DNA of 62,347 nucleotides, filler included, from Perkinsus olseni (taxonomy: Eukaryota), in NCBI GenBank assembly GCA_013115125.1. It is 2 parts of 2 records of this genome, joined end to end, with 100 filler letters (N's around TTAATTAATTAA, not from the genome) between each part and the next. Parts side by side here need not be neighbours in the genome. Positions count along the whole stretch, not along the records: positions 31,236 to 62,347 come from JABANN010000416.1; 1 more part is not named here. One strand, written 5' to 3'. Under the pieces are notes generated by a model. It made no database searches and was not told the DNA's origin. It worked only from the letters and a program-made list of their open reading frames with translations. Position 1 is the stretch's first letter; every line of letters begins with the position of its first letter. Of this stretch, positions 59,755 to 62,347 are shown in pieces. A program made the translations under genes and the position numbers.

Positions 59755-60594
59755 TTCATACAAGCATGACTACGCTAGGCTCGATGAAGCTTTCTCTTTG
59801 CAACTGACTTTGCATTCTGCGTTGAGGGTATACAGTGGGAGATGACCATTAACGGGATGAAGGGATATGGAGGGTATACTCGGCTCATTCTTTGATGCTT
59901 TCGAGTAGAGAGTTGTGAGTAGTTTTCCGAGCTGGCAAAGCAAGTTCAGCGACATGCCTTCAGGAGGGAGTTCGATCTGATGATCAACAAATGGAATTTT
60001 GCCGAGGAAGGCAGAGCTTCCAGATGGCTTCCCTGTTGTCTGATATCTTTTCTTACACAGTGACCCAGTCCACCTATAACCCATCATTAACTCCCGCCGA
60101 TCCGCTGCATCCGAGCTACTCTTGGAATTCGATCGCCTTCACCAGTTGGAGTGTCTGATTGCAGCGGACTGCTACTGACCAGTGGTCAGTGACCACTCAA
60201 GGTGGATAATGCCAGGCTATTGCCCCTTTCGAGGCTACACACTACTCCGAATGTTCTGAATGAACTCGAGCCGAGTTCGATCCCGGGACGTCGCACTTTT
60301 CTGTCATTATCAAAACCAACTTGAATTCGGCGTGGCAACCAGAATCCCGATGGCTACCATATCGGCGGAGCGGTTATGGAGGACAATCAGAAGCCGGACG
60401 ATTGTTGTACAAGGCTGAGCTTTCACTCAGGGGAGCCGCAAACCGGCTGAAGCGGGAGAGACATGCCTTCTTTGGAAGAGTTCTCTTTTTTCCAGAACTT
60501 GAGGGGTTATCTTGGAGGTTCGAGTTCGGGACTTTGGAGCCGCTGATGTTATTTCTGTGTATCCTAAAAGCTGTAGTTGTTGAGTGTCCCCAGA

Positions 60595-62347
60595 ATGGCC
60601 CGTGAACCTTCTTCATCATTGAAGAGCTTTTCCTCTGTACCACATAAGGTGGTTGTACATTGTGGTGCTGGTGATCATCGTGATGGTAAATCTAGTGGTG
60701 TATTCTGCGCCAAGCACTTCAACCAAATACATACATTAGACGAATCATTACAGTCTCAACTGAAACATCTTGGCTATGACGTCTGCACTAATGTAATAAC
60801 AACAAAAGTAGCAAGGGGTAATACTGAGGGTCTTTGCAGGTACAATCTAAGACGATACCCATAGCACTACAAGGCAAGGATTGTCTGATACGGTCAAGTA
60901 CAGGTATGAAGAATAATACGCTCGTTCTTGTCGGCCCTTGTGTAATTTTTCTTCCACAAGGTTCTGGTAAAACATTATCCTTCGCTATACCCATAATAGA
61001 TAGAATAAAGAAGCTAACCCCTGAACCCGTGAGGAAGGATGGTGTATTATGTAATGATACGTATGAGGGTCGTTGGTGGGGAAAACCGTTATCATAGGTG
61101 TTATACTGTCACCTACTAAAGAGCTGGCGCTTCAAACTCTCAACGTTATGGAGAAGCTGACACAAATGATGCCGAATATCGTCTGCGGTAATCACGATAT
61201 TGAAAGAGCGCGATAGTTATACTACATCATAGGTTCGTTGACTGGTGGTGAGAACCCCAAAAGCGAGAAGTCGAGAATCAGGAAGGGTATTAACATACTC
61301 TGTGCGACACCTGGACGATTGAAGTAATAGGAGAAGTGGTATGATGGTGGTGTTGTTGGGGGAAGCTCATGCCTGTCTTAGTTATCATCTGGCTAATACC
61401 GCATCATTGAAAATTGACAAATGTATGGTATTGGTTATGGACGAAGCTGATAGATTATTAGATATGGGGTTCGAGAAACAAGTGAAAGACATCTATGATA
61501 AATTGCACCAGAACGACAACCATAAAATACAGTGTATGTTGGTATCAGCCACATTGTCTAACAAGGTCAAGGAGCTGGCTAAGTGGGCGTTGAAGGATGA
61601 GGCGAGGTAGTAGTGGTAGGAGGGTATCATGGAGTAGTTGATAATAGATGGTATACATGGTGAGATATAGATTTTTAATATCAGTACTTTCGTTAATAAT
61701 AACTAGACATACTGTTTCAAAAATCCATGAAGATAGATGAACCATATATAAGGGAATCATAATATGGAGTTCATGGTTTATAGTAATGAGACGTGTAATG
61801 GAATGTGACGTACTACGACGTGTATGGTTATAGAGTTGTACTGTCGTTGCCAGTTGGATCGATTGTGATAATGCACCACCGAAGAAGTTAAAGCAGACGG
61901 CAGTGATCTACAAGGAAGAAAAGGATAGAATACCATTACTATTATCGCTGATACTGAAAGTGATAATTGCCGGGTTAGGGGAGGTGGAGGGTTGTTAGTT
62001 TCGTTATCAGGCCGCCAATAAGCAGCTGACTCCTCGAAAGGGCGATGGTGACGATGACAGTGTGCAGCGTATAATGGTATTCACGTCCAATTGTGCTACT
62101 GTGGATTATCTACACAACCTGTTAACGACGTTACCGTGGCCGATGGGTGGAAAGAGGAGAGACGGGGGAAATAATAGTCAAGATTCTTCCGAACAGAACT
62201 GGCCCAAAAGTAATATAAATGGAGGGCAAAGGGATGGGTAGGGGATTTGCTGTCAGGTCGACGTCAATTGAAGCGAGAGATGAATGCCCAGACTACCGCA
62301 TCGGGGGCTCCGGCTGGAATCAGTGATGAAGCTATGAAGCAAATTGC
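60595..62347 (+). CDS. DBP7: DEAD-box RNA helicase DBP7/DDX31 (ribosome biogenesis), multi-exon, runs off the window end
   Basis: Q-motif (CTN|VQSKTIP), [59 protein letters not shown]. Confidence 0.88.

Noticed and set aside
1-62347. Perkinsus spliced-leader (ACCGTAGCCATC...CTCAAG-type) genes or relics; rRNA; prokaryotic operons or defence systems
   Set aside because: None seen on reading; a computational scan would be needed to exclude degenerate copies.

Overview
Eukaryotic genomic DNA, not prokaryotic: gene-dense, with many ~35-60 bp GT-AG introns. Gene content (S8 subtilisin type, intron size, Dada transposase) best fits the alveolate parasite Perkinsus (inference). Two contigs are joined by a 100-nt gap carrying a TTAATTAATTAA stop linker (31136-31235). 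The left contig holds a large + strand Kelch-repeat/EGF-repeat surface-protein gene (~1.4-13.3 kb). One of its introns carries a hAT-type MITE, and its unusually long introns appear to contain spliced antisense exons. Next come a tRNA-Pro(TGG) gene split in two by a 2.7-kb Dada-like DNA transposon with an exact GCGAGAGG duplication, a frameshifted subtilisin, an ABCD-type half transporter with an intact tRNA-Pro(AGG) in an intron, and a secreted-type hypothetical protein. The right contig holds a ~20-kb multi-exon EF-hand repeat locus with His/acidic tandem repeats, an amino-acid transporter, a putative glycosyltransferase, an INCENP-like gene and a DBP7/DDX31 helicase. The most notable findings are (1) the tRNA-Pro-targeted Dada element, whose internally deleted transposase still splices into an open frame, (2) about eleven paired odd-centred palindromes that fit base-for-base the hAT hairpin-excision footprint of an 8-bp TSD, and (3) a possible interdigitated antisense gene. 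Exon models were read by eye and boundaries are approximate unless stated.
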